This document shows positions 62,745 to 64,000 of a stretch of DNA of 64,000 bases, one piece after another. Below the pieces are notes generated by a model. It searched no databases. It saw only the letters and a list, made by a program, of their open reading frames with translations, and was not told the DNA's origin. How positions within the stretch are numbered: position 1 is the first letter of the stretch; each line of letters starts with the position of its first letter. The position numbers and the translations under genes were made by a program. The DNA is taken from the NCBI GenBank assembly GCA_963514005.1, contig OY740799.1, positions 9,052,001 to 9,116,000 of the forward strand, written 5' to 3'. This DNA is from Raja brachyura. Taxonomy: Eukaryota.

Positions 62745-63100
62745 GGTTTACACAAAATAACACAGTGTTGGAGTAACTCAGCAGATCAGACAGCATCTCC
62801 AGAGAACATGGATAAGTGACGTTTCAGGTCGGCATCCTTCTTCAGACTGATTGTACGTGGAGTGGGTGGGAAGAATGCTGGGAGAGTAGGCAGGCCAATG
62901 CTTTGCAATATGGGTGGACACAGGTGAGGGAGAGGATTTTGATAGGCAGGCGGTTGGAATAAGTGCCAGAGATTAATGCAGGTGTGAAACAGACCAATTG
63001 AAGAGTCGCAAATTGTGAAGCCAGAGGAAGGAATGGAGGAGGGGAAAGGAGGACAGGATAAATCGGTGTGTGTCCAGAAGGGGTACAGGAGAGGGGTGAA
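62745..63100 (-). mobile_element. Penelope pLTR fragment with hammerhead-like core
   Basis: Minus strand tcagtCTGAAGAaggatgccgacctGAAAcgtcac, preceded by a pyrimidine-rich PLE 3' region. Confidence 0.65.
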
Positions 63101-63824
63101 GGGGCCATTATTGAATTATTTGTGTTTATAGGGAATAAAATGTTCAAAATTATATTTTTGTTTGTAGACAGTTCTGGAGGAAGTAGAATCAGTACATTAC
63201 TAGTTCTAAATTTAGGGCGGTTTAACAAGGTGAATATTCCATTCAGAGCAACTTTTTTTCAGTAAATGCTCTGATGGCAGCAGCATACTTCTATCCACAT
63301 CGATCTACGATTAACCTGCTTTAAATCGATGTAAATCACAAAGACCTAATGCCAGGATTGCGCAGCAGACAACACTTTTATCTACTCCACCACTGAGTTT
63401 TTATTCACTGTGGAGGCAATCTATTCTTTTGTTAAGCATTCTAGCTGAAGCAGCTCATGCAAAATTACAAGTATTAATTCCTTTGCACTCTCTGAGACAT
63501 CAAGCTTATGAGAATTAATCTTCTATTCCATCAAAATCTAAGTGGATAAGATATCTCAAATGCTTTGTTATATTTCAATGATGATGTTCAATTCCAGGAC
63601 TTTCTTCCAAGTTCACTCTGGTACATCTCTCCTGCTTCTCTCCCAAATGTACGATTTCATAGTTTATCCAAATCCACTCAGTGAGTTCACAATCTTTCAC
63701 ATTCTTTCACAATCTGTGCATTGTGTAATTACTCATCCTGTGCATTTTGTCAAAAAGCCTGCTCATACCTTTCCAGCTGCACCACTTCAATTCAATCCAC
63801 TTGACTACAATTCACACAGTGGCA

Positions 63825-64000
63825 AGAATATTATGTTCAGTTCTGGGCACCATGTTATAGGAAAGATATTGCCAAGCTTGCAAGGCTTCAGAAAATATTT
63901 ACGAGGATGTTGCCAGGACTAGAGGGTGTGAGCTATAGGGAGAGGTTGAGAAGGTTGGGTCTTTATTCCATGGAGCGCAAGAGAATGAGGGGTGATCTTA
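63825..64000 (+). mobile_element. CR1 fragment running off the window end
   Basis: gttcagttctgggcaccatgttataggaaag..aggatgttgccaggactagaggg..ggagcgcaagagaatgaggggtgatctta. Confidence 0.85.

Overview
Eukaryotic, repeat-rich genomic DNA, almost certainly from a cartilaginous fish (skate/ray-like: HE1-type V-SINEs, HER1/CR1 LINEs, abundant Penelope-derived elements). Only one host coding exon is supportable: a 145-nt minus-strand exon at 46494-46638 encoding the coiled-coil region of MICOS subunit MIC19 (CHCHD3), so the window appears to lie in two large introns of that gene. The rest is transposable elements: (1) a 5-kb DIRS tyrosine-recombinase retrotransposon (9085-14087) with intact ITR/ICR termini but a deleted RT core; (2) several CR1 families, a split RTE element and Rex1/Babar fragments; (3) Penelope-like elements and many short pLTR derivatives carrying hammerhead-ribozyme-like cores, including a tandem trimer of three identical cores at 24710-24876; (4) a non-autonomous hAT element with an internal hairpin and a captured LINE tail; (5) Helitron-like termini, a 23-bp minisatellite and a family of ORF-less bipartite retroelements. 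Most ORFs in the supplied track are TE fragments or spurious. All family assignments are by motif recognition, not database search.
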